Part shown: piece by piece, positions 21,384 to 33,055 of the stretch
How the letters are laid out: each line of letters begins with the position of its first letter
Numbering within the stretch: the first letter of the stretch is position 1
Assembly (NCBI GenBank): GCA_013239625.1
Contig: MU054323.1
Coordinates: 20,481,082 to 20,545,081, forward strand
Source: Lama guanicoe
Lineage: Eukaryota
DNA length: 64,000 nucleotides
Direction of reading: 5' to 3'
Notes under the pieces: model-generated
Databases searched by the model: none
What the model saw: only the letters and a program-made list of their open reading frames with translations
Told to the model about the DNA's origin: nothing
Position numbers and translations under genes: made by a program

Positions 21384-23844
21384 GAAAAATGCACAAATTG
21401 TCTTTAAATTTGATTCACAGAAGACCTGTGGGCTCAGGAAGTTTCCTGTTATACCCTCTCATTTATAAAGTCTGGTTTATTCTTCTGTTCAAGGCACCGT
21501 TTTTATAAAACCAACAATGCCAGGGACACACTGGAGCACCTGGAAACAAATGAAGCCATTTGCTGGAAGTGAGCCACAGTGGGAGGCACCCCCTAAGCAC
21601 CCCGCACAGAGGAGCTGGCCCTCACCCCTAGGAGTCCCGGAGAACCTTCTGGGACTCAGGAAATCTGCAGCAGCGACTGAAGGAGGGCCCAGTGTCAACC
21701 CATTTATTAAATATTTGATAAGTGTTAAATTTCTAGATTAAAAAGAAACCGACTCTGTTTTTCTGCCTCACCCAAAGGATCATATAGCACATTTCATTCT
21801 GGAGACCCAGATATAGGGAGGGACTTCTGGGGATAAGCAGAGAGAGGCTGCCTGCAGGTTGGACTATGAAGGCAGGGTTTGGGAGTTGGGGTCCCCTTTG
21901 GGGGGTAATAGCTTTTCCTTCTAATCAGAAGGAAAGCCCAGGCTCCTCAGCTCTGAAGCTCCTGGTATCATCTCCTAAAGGGGGCAAGGGACCACCTCTC
22001 TTCTGCCACCTTCCGCTCTGGCCGACCCTCCGATGGGTCCTTTGATCCTGGAGGGTGGGGAGAGGGCCCTGGAGGTGAGAAGGGGCCGTCAGTGCCTTAG
22101 GCATTTTCTCTGGGGGGCTCCCGGATGCAACCCTCACCAGGCAGGGCCTCCACTGTGGCCAGCTGAGGGGACAGGACCTGGCTGCCGGTAGGGAGCAAAG
22201 CCCAAATGTGGGATCTTATCACCCTGAACCTGACTGGGAGGTGGGAGCTGCAAAGGGCCTCTCCCCACGGCTCCCAGCCTTACAGAGCCTTGTGCTTGGA
22301 AGATTCTCTGTAAATATTTGTTGGATTTAGTTGAACGAAGCTGAAATCTCATTTCCTGATTCCAGCAAGGTTGGAAGTGCAGGCTGGGTGGGCTGAGCAG
22401 TGGGGACAGGAGGGAGGCGAGGCCAAATCCAGCAGCTCAGCCCTTGTGGGAATGTCCTGAACCCGGAAGAGCTTCAGCCATCATAGTCCTCCTACCTGCT
22501 ACTTGTCTGATGGTCCCCATCCCAGATGAGGGTCCCTGATCGTCCAGGATGCAGGGAAGCCTCAGGAGGGAGAGGCTGGGAGGGCAGGGAGGGGCCAAGT
22601 GAAGGAGGCAGCCAAGCCCAGAGCCCCAGGGAATGTGTGTGCAGAACAGGAGTTTCAATTGGACAGAGTCTTGGTCCCGATCTTCCAGTACTTCTCTCCC
22701 AAGGAAGCTTCACAGCCAGTTCCGCCCTCCTTAGCTTGGCACTTGGGAAAAGCTCTCAACAAAGACCTAGGCACGTGTGCCCCCACGTGATCGAAAGCAT
22801 TTTTTGTTCTCAGTGTATGCACAGACCCGCAAGTGTCTGTACTTGCAGACTTGCCCAGCCAGCCCCAGGGACACCACATGCAAACACACAAGCACATACA
22901 CTCCCCTGCCCCTGGTCAGACCTGGCGTGAACACACGTGCATGCACCCCTAGAGACAGCCAGAGCACCCCCAGACACAGGTCATCCCTCAGAGAGCCAGC
23001 CCACAGGTCCCACTTGGAGGGACATGAAACAGACGGGGTGCCCCAGGCTGTGTGCTTCTCCAAGGCTGGTGTCCACCCAAGTCAGAGCCACACAGAGCAG
23101 CTGGCGTGACACAGGCTCCCATTGTGCTACAGGTCCGGGGGACAAAGCGGTCCTATTTCCTCCCTCTCCCCACAACGCTGCCTGGCAGCCTGGGAGCTCA
23201 GCTGCCTGCTTCAGAGGGTGGGAAACTCCCCAAGAGGCCAAATTCTGCATGAGGAGCTCAGGGGGAACCCCAGCCCAAGGCAGGGAGATGTAACTCCTGC
23301 CTCAGGGATTCCAAGGACACTGGGGGGGTCCCATGCACTCTTTGGCTGGGGAGGGGAGAATCAGGGTTTGCACTTGTCCTGCTCAGGATGGGCACAGGTC
23401 CCCACGATGTCTGGGAGGAGCATTTCGGTTCCTCATCAAATCCGGATGTGACCACTCTGTGAGTCTGATTTTGAGAGTCCACAGCCTGCTGGTCACTTGA
23501 CCCCCTCAGATGGCTCCAGGACTACAGCCACTGTCATCATCATGTCCTCCATTTCTGTTTTGACATCTTCACTACTGTTTCTGGCGTTTACCGCCACCCC
23601 CTCCAACACGTGTTTGTTCGGTCCGTCTCTCTGTCACTGGCGGTGGAAGGCTTACTAGGTACCAGGTGCTGCTCTGAGCCCACTCATGCCAGGCTCCTCT
23701 CTTTACTCTGGGGCAGATTTGCACCAGTCTTGTGCTCCAGGCAAAATGATTTCTCTTGCTTTCTTCCAAATACAATGCCTTTTCCGCTTTCGGTGCTTTT
23801 TGCTCCTTCAGGTAGTAAGGAATACAATAAATACTTACTAGCAT

Positions 23845-23962
23845 AAGGTTACCAGACACAATAATGTGATATTTTTATTCATTATTATTAGTATTCATTA
23901 TTTATCTGAAATCCAAATCTAATGAGGCATTCCGAATTTTTATTTGCCAAATTTGGGGACCT
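23845..23962. mobile_element. MER53-like hAT MITE, internally deleted
   Basis: Ends 'aggttaccaga' and 'tttatctgaaatccaaatctaatgaggcattccgaatttttatttgccaaatttggggacct' match the MER53 terminal pattern. Confidence 0.6.
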
Positions 23963-24203
23963 AGCTGAGCACCTACTGTGAGCGATGCTCGGGAGATACA
24001 GTGATGACAGACTCAGTGTCTGCCCGCAGGGGGCTGCCAGTATATGGGGGAGACTGACAAGTGAACACAGCCCTACCCCAAGGAAGGGTGGGGCTCTTAT
24101 AGGGGCATTTCAGGGTACCATTTGTGCCTGGGGAAGAGAAACCCACCCTGGCCTTGGGAGGGCAGAGAAGGTTTCTGGGAGGAGGGGTACTTGAATCAAG
24201 TCT

Positions 24204-24564
24204 TGTCTTTGTCCGCTTAGGCTGCTGTAACAGAAGACCACAGGCTGGGTGGCTTGTAGACAACAGGAATTTATTTCTCATGGTTCTGGGGATGCAAGTC
24301 CAAGGTCAAAGTGCCAGCAGTGTCAGTGTCTGGTGAGAGCCTTCTTCCTGGTTCATAAATGGCCATCTTCCTGCTGTGTCCTCACGTGGTGGAAGGCATG
24401 AGGGAGCTCTCTGGGGTCTTATTATAAGGGCATTAATCTCATTCTTGAGGGTTCCTCCCTAATGACCTAGTCACCTCTAAAGTCCCCGCCTCCTAATACT
24501 ATCACATCAGGCTTCGGATTTCAACTATGAACTTTGGGGGCACACAAACATTCAGTCCATAATG
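24204..24564 (-). mobile_element. MaLR solo LTR (MLT1A/A0-like)
   Basis: 'ggctgctgtaacagaagaccacaggctgggtggctt..acaacaggaatttatttctcatggttctgg...acacaaacattcagtccata' with 5-bp TSD AGTCT (24199-24203 / 24565-24569). Confidence 0.9.
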
Positions 24565-25119
24565 AGTCTTAAAAACCAAGTCAGGGAGCGCCACAGTGAG
24601 CCCTGGGATGGGAAGGCCAGGGTGCAGTCCTGTGCACTGGCACATCTAAAGGGCTCTCTATCAGGTGGGGTCAACTGGGACAGGACCGAAGACATCCTGG
24701 AGGAGCCACAGTCAAGGCTAGCATACAAGACTGGGCAGATAGAGACAAAGGAAACATGAGCTGTGTGGGTAGCCTCTGCTTTCTCTTAAAGGCTGAGGCA
24801 AAGAAGGACCCATGATTACAGATTGCAGATTGAATGCTTGGCATTCAGGAGGGGAAACAGCAGGCGTCACCTTGAACCTGTGTCAGGAACCCCCTTGACA
24901 TCCTCCCTTCCACTGAATGACTCCCCAGCTGGGACTTAGGTAGCCAACCTGAGGCTGGGTGTGATGGCAGGGGCTATGGCCAGGCACAGACCTGAGTGTG
25001 CATGTGTACAACTGGATGAAGTGGCCAGGTGCCTGAGTGCGTGAAATCTGTTTCTGTCGCATTAATTTGAATTTGCAAAGCTAGGGCAGCAAAGAATGTA
25101 AGGAACATCAACACCAGCT

Positions 25120-25370
25120 TTAGAAACGCGTAAGTTTGAATCCTGACTCAATCACTTACTAGCTGGTTAATCTCCACTGAGTTACTTAACCTCTCTGAGC
25201 CTCAGTTTCCTTCTTTGCAAAATGGAGAAAATTCCACCTAACCTTACCTTAAGACAAACAAGCCAACAAATTAATGGGACTAATGCTAATTTTGCAGAAT
25301 TGTTAGGAGGATTAAATGAGATGATGTAAATAAAATAACAGGCACGTAATAGGCTCCATAAAGGTTTATT
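25120..25370 (+). mobile_element. MIR
   Basis: 'tttgaatcctgactcaatcacttactagctgg...gttacttaacctctctgagcctcagtttccttctttgcaaaatggag...ggattaaatgagatgatgta'. Confidence 0.8.
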
Positions 25371-25891
25371 TTTCTTTCCCTCCAAGCACCACACCTGCTA
25401 TTCACACAGCAGTCATCACCTGAATAACAAGAGCAAAGACATTTATATAATGTGAACCAACCAGTTAAGGTTTTCTAAGGTATTCATAATTAAAGATGGA
25501 ACATCATACTCTTCTAATATCCCAGTGAGATGTCCTGTGTTTATAACCTTTCCTAAACTAAGATGCATAAAGACTTGTTACTCACCAATAGTTAAGGTTT
25601 AAAGCAAGACAAAGACCTGGATATAGTCAGGTATTTCCATCATTAAGGTTTTACTGGCCATAAATGACTGCAGAAACTGTCTTCCTTATTCCAATTTAAG
25701 AATTGCTCTGAGAAGTGTTCTCAGAATTCCCAGGGAGCAATGGGCCATCTGTAACTCCTCCTGTGCTGTCAGCATTAATTGCCCCAAGAAGAGGACAAAT
25801 CTGTGATCTGTTCTGCTAATTTCCAGGGAAAACCTTGTTTCCTAGCACACTACCTTTTCTTGCCTCTGCTTTGCACACTGAAGAAGACCTC

Positions 25892-26274
25892 TGTTATGGA
25901 CTAAATGTTTGTGTCACCCCCACAATTCATGGATGGAGGCCCTAACCACCTAGTGTGACCATATTCGGAAATGGGGTATCTAAAGAAGTAATTAGGGTTA
26001 AATGAGGTCATAAGGTTGGTGCTAGAATCTGATAGGACTGATGTCCTAATAAGAAGAGGAGGGGACACGAGAGATTTGCACCTGCACAGAAGAAAGGCCA
26101 CGTGAGGACACAGAAGACAGCCGTCTGCAAGCCACGAGGAGCGCCCTCAGCAGGAAGCATATCAGCCGGCACCTTAACCTTGGACTTCTAGCCTCAACTC
26201 TAAGAAATAAATGTGTACCGTTGAAGCCACCCAAGCTGCAGTACTTGGTTACTGCCGCCCAAGAGGACTAGGAA
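25892..26274 (+). mobile_element. MaLR solo LTR (MLT1A/B-like)
   Basis: 'tgttatggactaaatgtttgtgtcacccc...gttaaatgaggtcataagg...ggccacgtgaggacacag...ccttggacttctagcctc...aagaaataaatg...aagccaccca'. Confidence 0.9.
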
Positions 26275-26689
26275 GCCTCTCTGTTTTTCCCATGCCTCGT
26301 CCGCCCGCGGCAGCTTTGTCTCAGACTTGCTCCAGCTCGTGACACACGTGCACACAGGACACGAGTTCACCCCCTACCCGGGCACCTTTCTAATCAGGTT
26401 TCCCAGCAACCAACGTCCATGTAGCCCATTCCCTCTCCTTTTAATCAACATCTAATCTTCATTGAATGGGCTTTACTTGATGCCTTGGGGGCTGCAGATT
26501 CTACAGACTGACATTTTCTAGGGACTTTTCATCTTTAAAGTGTTTTTTTCCCCCCCAAATCTATATTTTAAAGCACTCCCAAATGGCGCAGCAGAGTTTT
26601 TAAATGCTGATCCCAGAGAGTGACCATCTTTGGCTCACTCTGTGTTCTTGGAGGGGTGGGAGCCAGGAGTAGGGGGTGGGGTGGAGGCG

Positions 26690-26706
26690 NNNNNNNNNNN
26701 NNNNNN
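26690..26706. other. Assembly gap (17 N)
   Basis: Run of n characters. Confidence 1.
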
Positions 26707-26954
26707 CCCACCCTGGCTGGGCTCCTTTGGGGTATTTTTCCTTTGCTCATGCTCTTCCTGTCCTCAGAGCTGCCTTCCCCCTTCCCACCAGCCTGGCTTT
26801 GGTCCACCCCACCTTTCCCATGTCTTACCTCCCTTTTCAGTCTGTCAGCCCCCGCAGGTGGTGGCTTCATCTTACTCACCTTTGTGATATCGATTGACCA
26901 AGGACCTGCCGAGATTTACCACAATGCTCCATGCTTACCTGCATTCTCTTTCCA

Positions 26955-27110
26955 TTCTTAATGTTAATTCCTTTGGGTAGTTTCTTGTGTTGTCCCGTTT
27001 TACAGATGAAGAAACTGGCTCATTGAGACCAGGTTCCTTGCCTGGAATCAGCCAGCAGGAGACAAAGCTAGGATTTACACCGGGCCTCCTAGTAATAATC
27101 TGCACTGTTT
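26955..27110 (-). mobile_element. MIR fragment
   Basis: 'tcccgttttacagatgaagaaactggctca...ttgcctggaatcagccagc..agctaggatttacacc'. Confidence 0.6.
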
Positions 27111-28684
27111 CCTCAGTCCCTGCCCACGCCCAGTCCCCAGTGCCTTTTCTGACTTGCCATCTCAGAGCCACGGCCCCCTTCCCTCTGTCTGACCCACCGT
27201 GTGCTCCCCGAGATGCTAGTCTTCAGAACTCTATTTTCAGTTACATTCATTCCATTAGAACGTCTGTCCCAGGAACCCCCAGCACCTACAAACAGAGCCA
27301 CGTGCAGGCTCTTGATTATACTGGGTGAAGAAACGAACTGTTTTCCTAACTAGATTTCAGGTCCTAGGCAGCAGAACGCACCTGCTTGGCTTCTGTCCCC
27401 AGCACAGGGCCAGGCACACTGTGGGGCCTCCTCCCCGACCCACTGGACACTCCTGACTGCTCAATGTAAAAACCCCAGCTCGGCCAGACCAGCACCCGTG
27501 ACCCCCACCCCTGCTGCCGGAACTGACTTTCGCCATGATTGTTAATATGCCTTTCCTTTTTTCCCCTGAATCAACATTAGCTTTGCTCGCTCCCTTCCCT
27601 CCACCTGATAAGGATGGGGTAACGGCATCTGTACGAACTTGGGGTGTGCTTTTCTTGCCTTGTCAGAACAGCAGCTCCTATCTGGCCAGTGATGGGCCGG
27701 GAGCCAGACCCCAACAATGGAGACCTTGTGAGCCGGCCTAGGGGGTGTGCTGTGAGCCTGCAACTGAGCACACACACAACCCTTCCTGGTGCCACCCTCT
27801 TATCTCCTGCCGCCGAGCCCTTGCCAGTGCTGCGGCTGTAACCCAGCCCTTGTAACTGCATGTCTGGATAGATCATTCCTGGGCCTGGGCCACCGCTGAA
27901 TACTGACTTAGGGTGCCCGGGGCAGTCACCATAGACTGCAGGTGTTCCTGATTTGGGGAGCCTCTGGCTGAGTGTCCCCCACTCTCCCCACAGTGGTCTT
28001 GGGCTGGCAGCACAAGGCAGGCTGAAACTGTGTTGGGGGATGCCCCCCACCCCACCAGCCCATTCAAAAAGAGTGGTTTCTTTTTCCTCTGCAAACCCCG
28101 CAAGCCCTTCCTACTCTGCTGTCCCTAACCGCCCCTTTCTCTGGATTCCTCCGTCCCTCTCATTCTGATTGCCCTTCTTACCTTCAGCTTTCTCCTGCCT
28201 TCTTTCTTGGGCCGTCTCCCTCCTTGGGCCCAGTCTTTCTTCTCATATTCCTCTTCCTCCCTGGGTCTTTTCCTGTGGAGGGCGTGCAGATGGCAGCTCT
28301 GCTGTTTCCACCCCACCCCAGGACTCTGACCTCTCTGGAAAATCTAAGTGCTGTGGGGGAAGCAGTTGGCTCCAAGACCCCCTCCCACTCATTCCAAGAA
28401 CATCATTTCGCCTTCACCAAGCCCCCAGGGCTGTGTGCTCCAAATAGTGCCTGGGACCCTGTGGAATATGGGATTGGCAAGACCCCTGCCTTCCCAGAAC
28501 TTCCAGTTTGGGGGAGGAAATGGTTCCTGAGCAAGTCTTCAGGTGGCAAGTGCTGTGACAAGTGACAGTGAACTCATATCTGGGATTTCCCCAATGGAAG
28601 ATAAGAATCAGATACTTTGCACTGATGCCCATTTGTTCCAGGACACCCGTAGTCATCATGTTATATTCAGTCTCATTTGCAGGT

Positions 28685-29035
28685 TTTGAGAGGATGCCTC
28701 TGGTTGCCATGTGAAACACAGCAGCAAGAGTGGGAGACAGGGCAGCCCTTCGGAATAATGCAGGGAGAGGTGATGGAGGTTGGGCAACATGTTGGCAATG
28801 GAGAAAGTGGAGGAAGGGACTGATTCAAGAGCATCTGGGTGGTAGAATCTGTAAGTGCGGGTTGGGAAGCAGGGTAGAGAGGGAAGGAGGGATAAGGATG
28901 GCTCCCGGTTCCCTTGCCTAGGCAGGAAGGTAGATGGAGTTTCCATTTACCACATGGGAAGAGTGGAGACTGCATATCTGGGGCTGGGAGGGGAACAAGA
29001 GCTCAGCTGTAGACATGTTGAGTTGGAGATGCCCA
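28685..29035 (-). mobile_element. L2 fragment
   Basis: 'ttttgagaggatgcctctggttgcc', 'aaggatggctcccggttcc', 'aagagctcagctgtagacatgttgagttggagatgcc'. Confidence 0.7.
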
Positions 29036-29529
29036 TGTGACAGCATCAGCCTCCCTTCCCTCGATTTTAGCAATAGAACCCCACTGCCTATCCACTCCCG
29101 CAAGTGCTTCTGGTTGGGCTGTCACTTACATGGCCTCACTTCCCCCAGCACAGGGTAGGATATGACTCATGCTGGCCAATCAGAGCACTCACCCCCTGGA
29201 CATGGAGTTTGGCCCTGAGGTGAGCACACAGCCTCGCAGGGAACACTGAAGAAGAGAGGGTTGCACTCTGAGTTTGTGAGCTGTAAGGAAATGCAAGGCT
29301 GGCGCTGTCAGTGGCACCTTTCAGCCAGAGAATGAAACCAACACTGAGGAAGGTCAAATGGAGAGAGACTGAGTTCTCGTAACATCATTTGACTCTGGGC
29401 CCTTCCCTGCCTAAAGCTAGATTCTCTCTTTGATCCAATACATGACCTAATAAAATCTTTTCTCCCTTAGGAGCTAGTTTGAATACTTTTGCATGTGACT
29501 GAAAGAGACAATCCAAAAAGACTAACACA
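29036..29529 (+). mobile_element. Old MaLR LTR (MLT1K/L-like)
   Basis: Starts 'tgtgacagc', contains 'tatgactcatgctggccaatcagagca', 'gagaatgaaaccaacactgagga', 'taataaaatc', and ends 'gactaacaca'. Confidence 0.55.
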
Positions 29530-29743
29530 GCTTCCAAGAGATGTCAGGTGGTTCTTCTGGAGCAAAGACAGATGCAGAAGTGGAGGAAGTTAGGTTCTGA
29601 GGAGGGACAGACAGATGAAACAATGGCTGGAGGTGGACATGGCATCAAGGGACATGTGGCAGAGACTCCCAAATTCACTTTTGCTTTCATTCTCAAGTTT
29701 TACCTTGCAGGGTTAATCTGGTGGTGAGGGCCAGAGGGGCTCT

Positions 29744-30171
29744 TGTGGCATTGGACACCAGTGGACACTCCCTGATGCCCCATTCAAAACCGAAGCCCTC
29801 CTTCCTCCAGCTGCCAAGAGTATTGCCCACTCACTGCTCAGCTAAATCTTTCCCCAGAAACTGTTCTGCCCACAGCTATGCTTCCTCCTGGAGGGTATCA
29901 ACAAGGGGCCTGTATCCAGTGACTGGTGGGGTGATGAGCCCTACTCTGTCTCAGTTGAGACAAACTTGAAGGCCACCCCAGCTCCAGAGCCCCTCTGGGA
30001 CTGGTGGAGTCCTCTGTTGTGACTGCATCACAGCTCAGCTCTGCCCTTTGCCCAGTCCTCCTTCCATCACTCCTTCCCTTCAGTGCTTGTCCCAAGAGCA
30101 CCCCCAAGTAGAACATCTGGCTGCGAACCTCTGTCTCAGAGTCTGTTTCCTCAGCTCCCCAACCTATGACA
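29744..30171 (+). mobile_element. ERVL solo LTR (LTR16A-like) inside the MaLR 5' LTR
   Basis: 'ctctgttgtgactgcatcacagctcagctctgccctttgcccagtcct...tcccaagagcaccccca...ctctgtctcagagtctgtttcct...ccaacctatgaca' matches the LTR16 3' half. Confidence 0.75.
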
Positions 30172-31134
30172 GAAGGGGTCTTAGACTGTGTGATGGAAGC
30201 AGGGTGTTGAAAATAGTGAAGTAAAAAGACACCAGAAACCTGAGCCCTCCAAATATACTAAACCGCTGTAGCAGCCCTAACCCATCAAGTTACATAATAG
30301 GGGGGAAAAAAGCCCTTCTATTTTGTTTAAGCCAATGTAGTTTGAGGTCTTTTCCACAACAGTCTACACCATATTCTGATGAACAGGATTTGATAACAAG
30401 AAGTGGAATGCTGGATGTGGCAAAATTTTAAATATGAGACACTGTGCTTTTGTCAGACAGTGAGCAGATATTTCAGGCTGGAAAGCTGTTGACCCATGCT
30501 GTGCGAACTGTTCAGAGACACTGTCTCCTCTGATATCTCAGAGGCCAGTTCACGTGCCTACTGAGCCTCTAGTTCAAGAGGAACTGGTCAGAAAAGGTGC
30601 GGATGTTGGTGAACATGGTCTTCCCATATTTAGCACGTCCTGGAAGAGGGAAAACTCAGAAGAAAGAGTTTCCAAGCTGAGCAAAGAAAATAGAGCTCCG
30701 TTAATGGAGATTCTTCCTGCCTGTGGCCAGCATTGTAAGCTGACTAAGAATCCAGTATTTGGAGCCTCCACCTGCTGAGAAAGTCAACTGCTTTCGTACC
30801 CTAGACTGAGGCAGTGAAGGAACCCTGAAGAGGCAGCTTTCCCAGGAGAAAAGACTGGCCCAAGCCTTTCTCAATCAGCTCTAATTAAGATCCCCATGCC
30901 AGCCCCTGGGAGTCTGTTCAGCAGCCCAGATCAGATTAAGAGTGTTGTGTTTTCATCCAAGCCTACTATGCTAAGTAACCTCATGAACTATCATAAAGTT
31001 AAGATGGACCGAGTATAGAGGCTGGTAAATAAATGTGTCTTCAGCTTAAGAAGTGTGTCTCCACCAGCTTTTTTGGCTGGGTTACATGCTCATGGAACAG
31101 ACTGGAAACAAATAGACTGGGATTATACTAATTT

Positions 31135-33055
31135 AAAAGCATAGTTTAATTAAATATAGTCCACATATGACAAAGTTCACCGTTTAAAATGGCAGAATTC
31201 AAAAAAACCAAAGCAAACAAAAATGGCAAAATTCTGTAGTTTTTAGTGTATTCAGAGTTGTGCAACCATCACCAATACCTAATTCTAGGACACTTTCATT
31301 ACCTCCAAAAGAATCTCATACCCATTAGCAGCCAATCCCCATTCCTCCCTCCATACCTCCAGCCCCCGGCAACCACTAATCTACTTTCAGTCTCCATAGA
31401 TTTGCCTGTATGGGGTATTTCATAGAAATGGAAATCATAAAATATGTGATCTTTTGTGTCTGGCTTCTTTCTCTTGACATAATGCTTTCAAGATTCATCC
31501 ATATAGTAGCACCCACCAGTATTTCATTCCTTTTTATGGCTTAATAATATTCCATTGTATGGATATATCACATTTTGTTTATCCATTCATCAACTGATAG
31601 TTTTTTTGGGTTTTTTCCACTTTTAGCTATTATGAATAATGTTGCTACGGGGGCAGGGTATAGATCAGTGGTAGAGTGCATGCCTAGCATGCATGGGGTC
31701 CTGGGTTCAATCCATAGTACCTCCATTAAAAATAAATAAATAAACCTAATTATGACCCTCCCCCCCAAAAAACCAAACCAAAAAAGTCTTGCTATAAACA
31801 TTCATCAACACATTTTTATGCAAACATATATTTTCAATTCCTCTGGGTGAAATTGCAAGGCCACAATGTAATACTGTGTTTAGCTTTCTCAGGAACTACC
31901 AAACTGTTTTCCAGAATGGCTGCATCAGTTACATTCCCACCAGCAACGCATGACAGTTCCAGTTTTTCCACATTCTCTCCAACACTCACTAATATTTGTC
32001 TTTTTTATTACAGCCATCCTAGTGGTTGTGGAGCAGTATCTCTTTGTGGCTTTTATTTGGATTTCTCTGTTGGCTAAGGCTGTTAGGTTCTTTTCATGTG
32101 TTTATTGGACATTTGTATTCTCTTCTTTGAAGAAGTGTCTTTTCAAATTCTTTGCCCATTTTTAAATTGGGTTATGTGTCTTCCTAGTGTTGAGTTATAA
32201 GAGTTCTGTGTATATTCTGAATTCAAATTCCTTATCAGATAGAGAAGTTACCAGTATTTTCTCCCATTTTGTGAGTTGTGTTTTAAGCTTCCTGATGGTG
32301 TACTTTGAAGCACAAAAGTTTTAAATTTAGATGAAATCCAATGTATCTATTTTTAAATTTTTTTCTCTTGTACTTAAGGTGTTCCATCTTAAAAAGCCAA
32401 AGTTTAAACCAAGATCATGAAGTTTTATAGTTTTATCTCTTACATTGAGGTCCATGATCCACTTTGAGTTAATTTTTATATTTTTAACGTGAGGTAGGGA
32501 TCCAACTACATTCTTTTGAATATGGATATCTAGTTGTCCCAGGACTATTTGTTGAAAAGACTGTTCTTTCACCGTGTGTAAAGGTTTGTTTCTAGATTCT
32601 CAGTTCTGTTCCTTTGATTTATATATCTGTCCTTATGCCAGTGCCACACTGTTGGTGACTATAGTTTTCTAGTAAGTTTTGAAATAGGGCAGTGTGAGTC
32701 TTCCAACTTTATTCTTCTTTTTCAAGACTGTCTTGGATACTCTTGCAATTTTCTAGGAATCTTAAGATACATTTTTTTAATTCTGTAAAAAAAAAAGGCA
32801 ACTGAGATTTTAATAGGGATTTCATTGACTCTGTAGGTCACTTGGGGGAGTATTACCATTGTAACAATATTAAGTCTTCCAAACCATGGACATAGGATGA
32901 CTTTCCATTTATTTAGGTCTTCTTTAATTTCTTTTAATGATCTTTTATAGTTTTCGGTGTACAAGCCTGGAACTTCTGTTGTTAGATTTAGTCCTATCTA
33001 ATCCTTTTCTATATGATTATAAATTGGATTATTTTTAATATTTAGTTTTTGTATG
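31135..33055 (-). mobile_element. L1 (L1MB-like): 3' UTR and ORF2 C-terminal remnant
   Basis: ORF fragments MYTENYKRSLKEIKEDLNKWKVILCPWFGRLNIV..ILPQVTYRVNEIPIKI (32722..32964) and KINSKWIMDLNVRDKTIKL (32327..32572) are L1 ORF2p-like; the 3' UTR is typical. Confidence 0.9.
31649..31785 (+). mobile_element. tRNA-Ala-derived SINE (camelid vic-1 type, long-tail form) inserted in L1
   Basis: 'gggtatagatcagtggtagagtgcatgcctagcatgcatggggtcctgggttcaatcc..agtacctcca' + (aaat)n + 'aaacctaatt..ccccccc' + A-rich tail; degenerate TSD ending 'ttgcta'. Confidence 0.85.

Larger units (their letters stand above)
20135..21415 (-). mobile_element. Fossil hAT-Charlie (Buster/ZBED5-like, Charlie7-type) transposase C-terminal region, interrupted by L1 insertions
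   Basis: Manual minus-strand translation gives FKDNLCIFLL*KDK..SDLFYDRCLSVGC, NILTITERGVSFQ, MLRREHFENGYLEMFLS and LNQFVKKIK..SQE*LFETRKGGHLL..KLHNGYMGVKYKCHDLMGTANDACLL (the last part is in the 20003..20260 ORF). These are in the order expected for Charlie/Buster transposases ending in the hAT dimerisation domain, with stops and frameshifts. Confidence 0.7.

Noticed and set aside
32327..32964. L1 ORF2p-like ORFs as an active retrotransposon
   Set aside because: Short frameshifted fragments with internal deletions; no 5' UTR, ORF1, endonuclease or intact RT.
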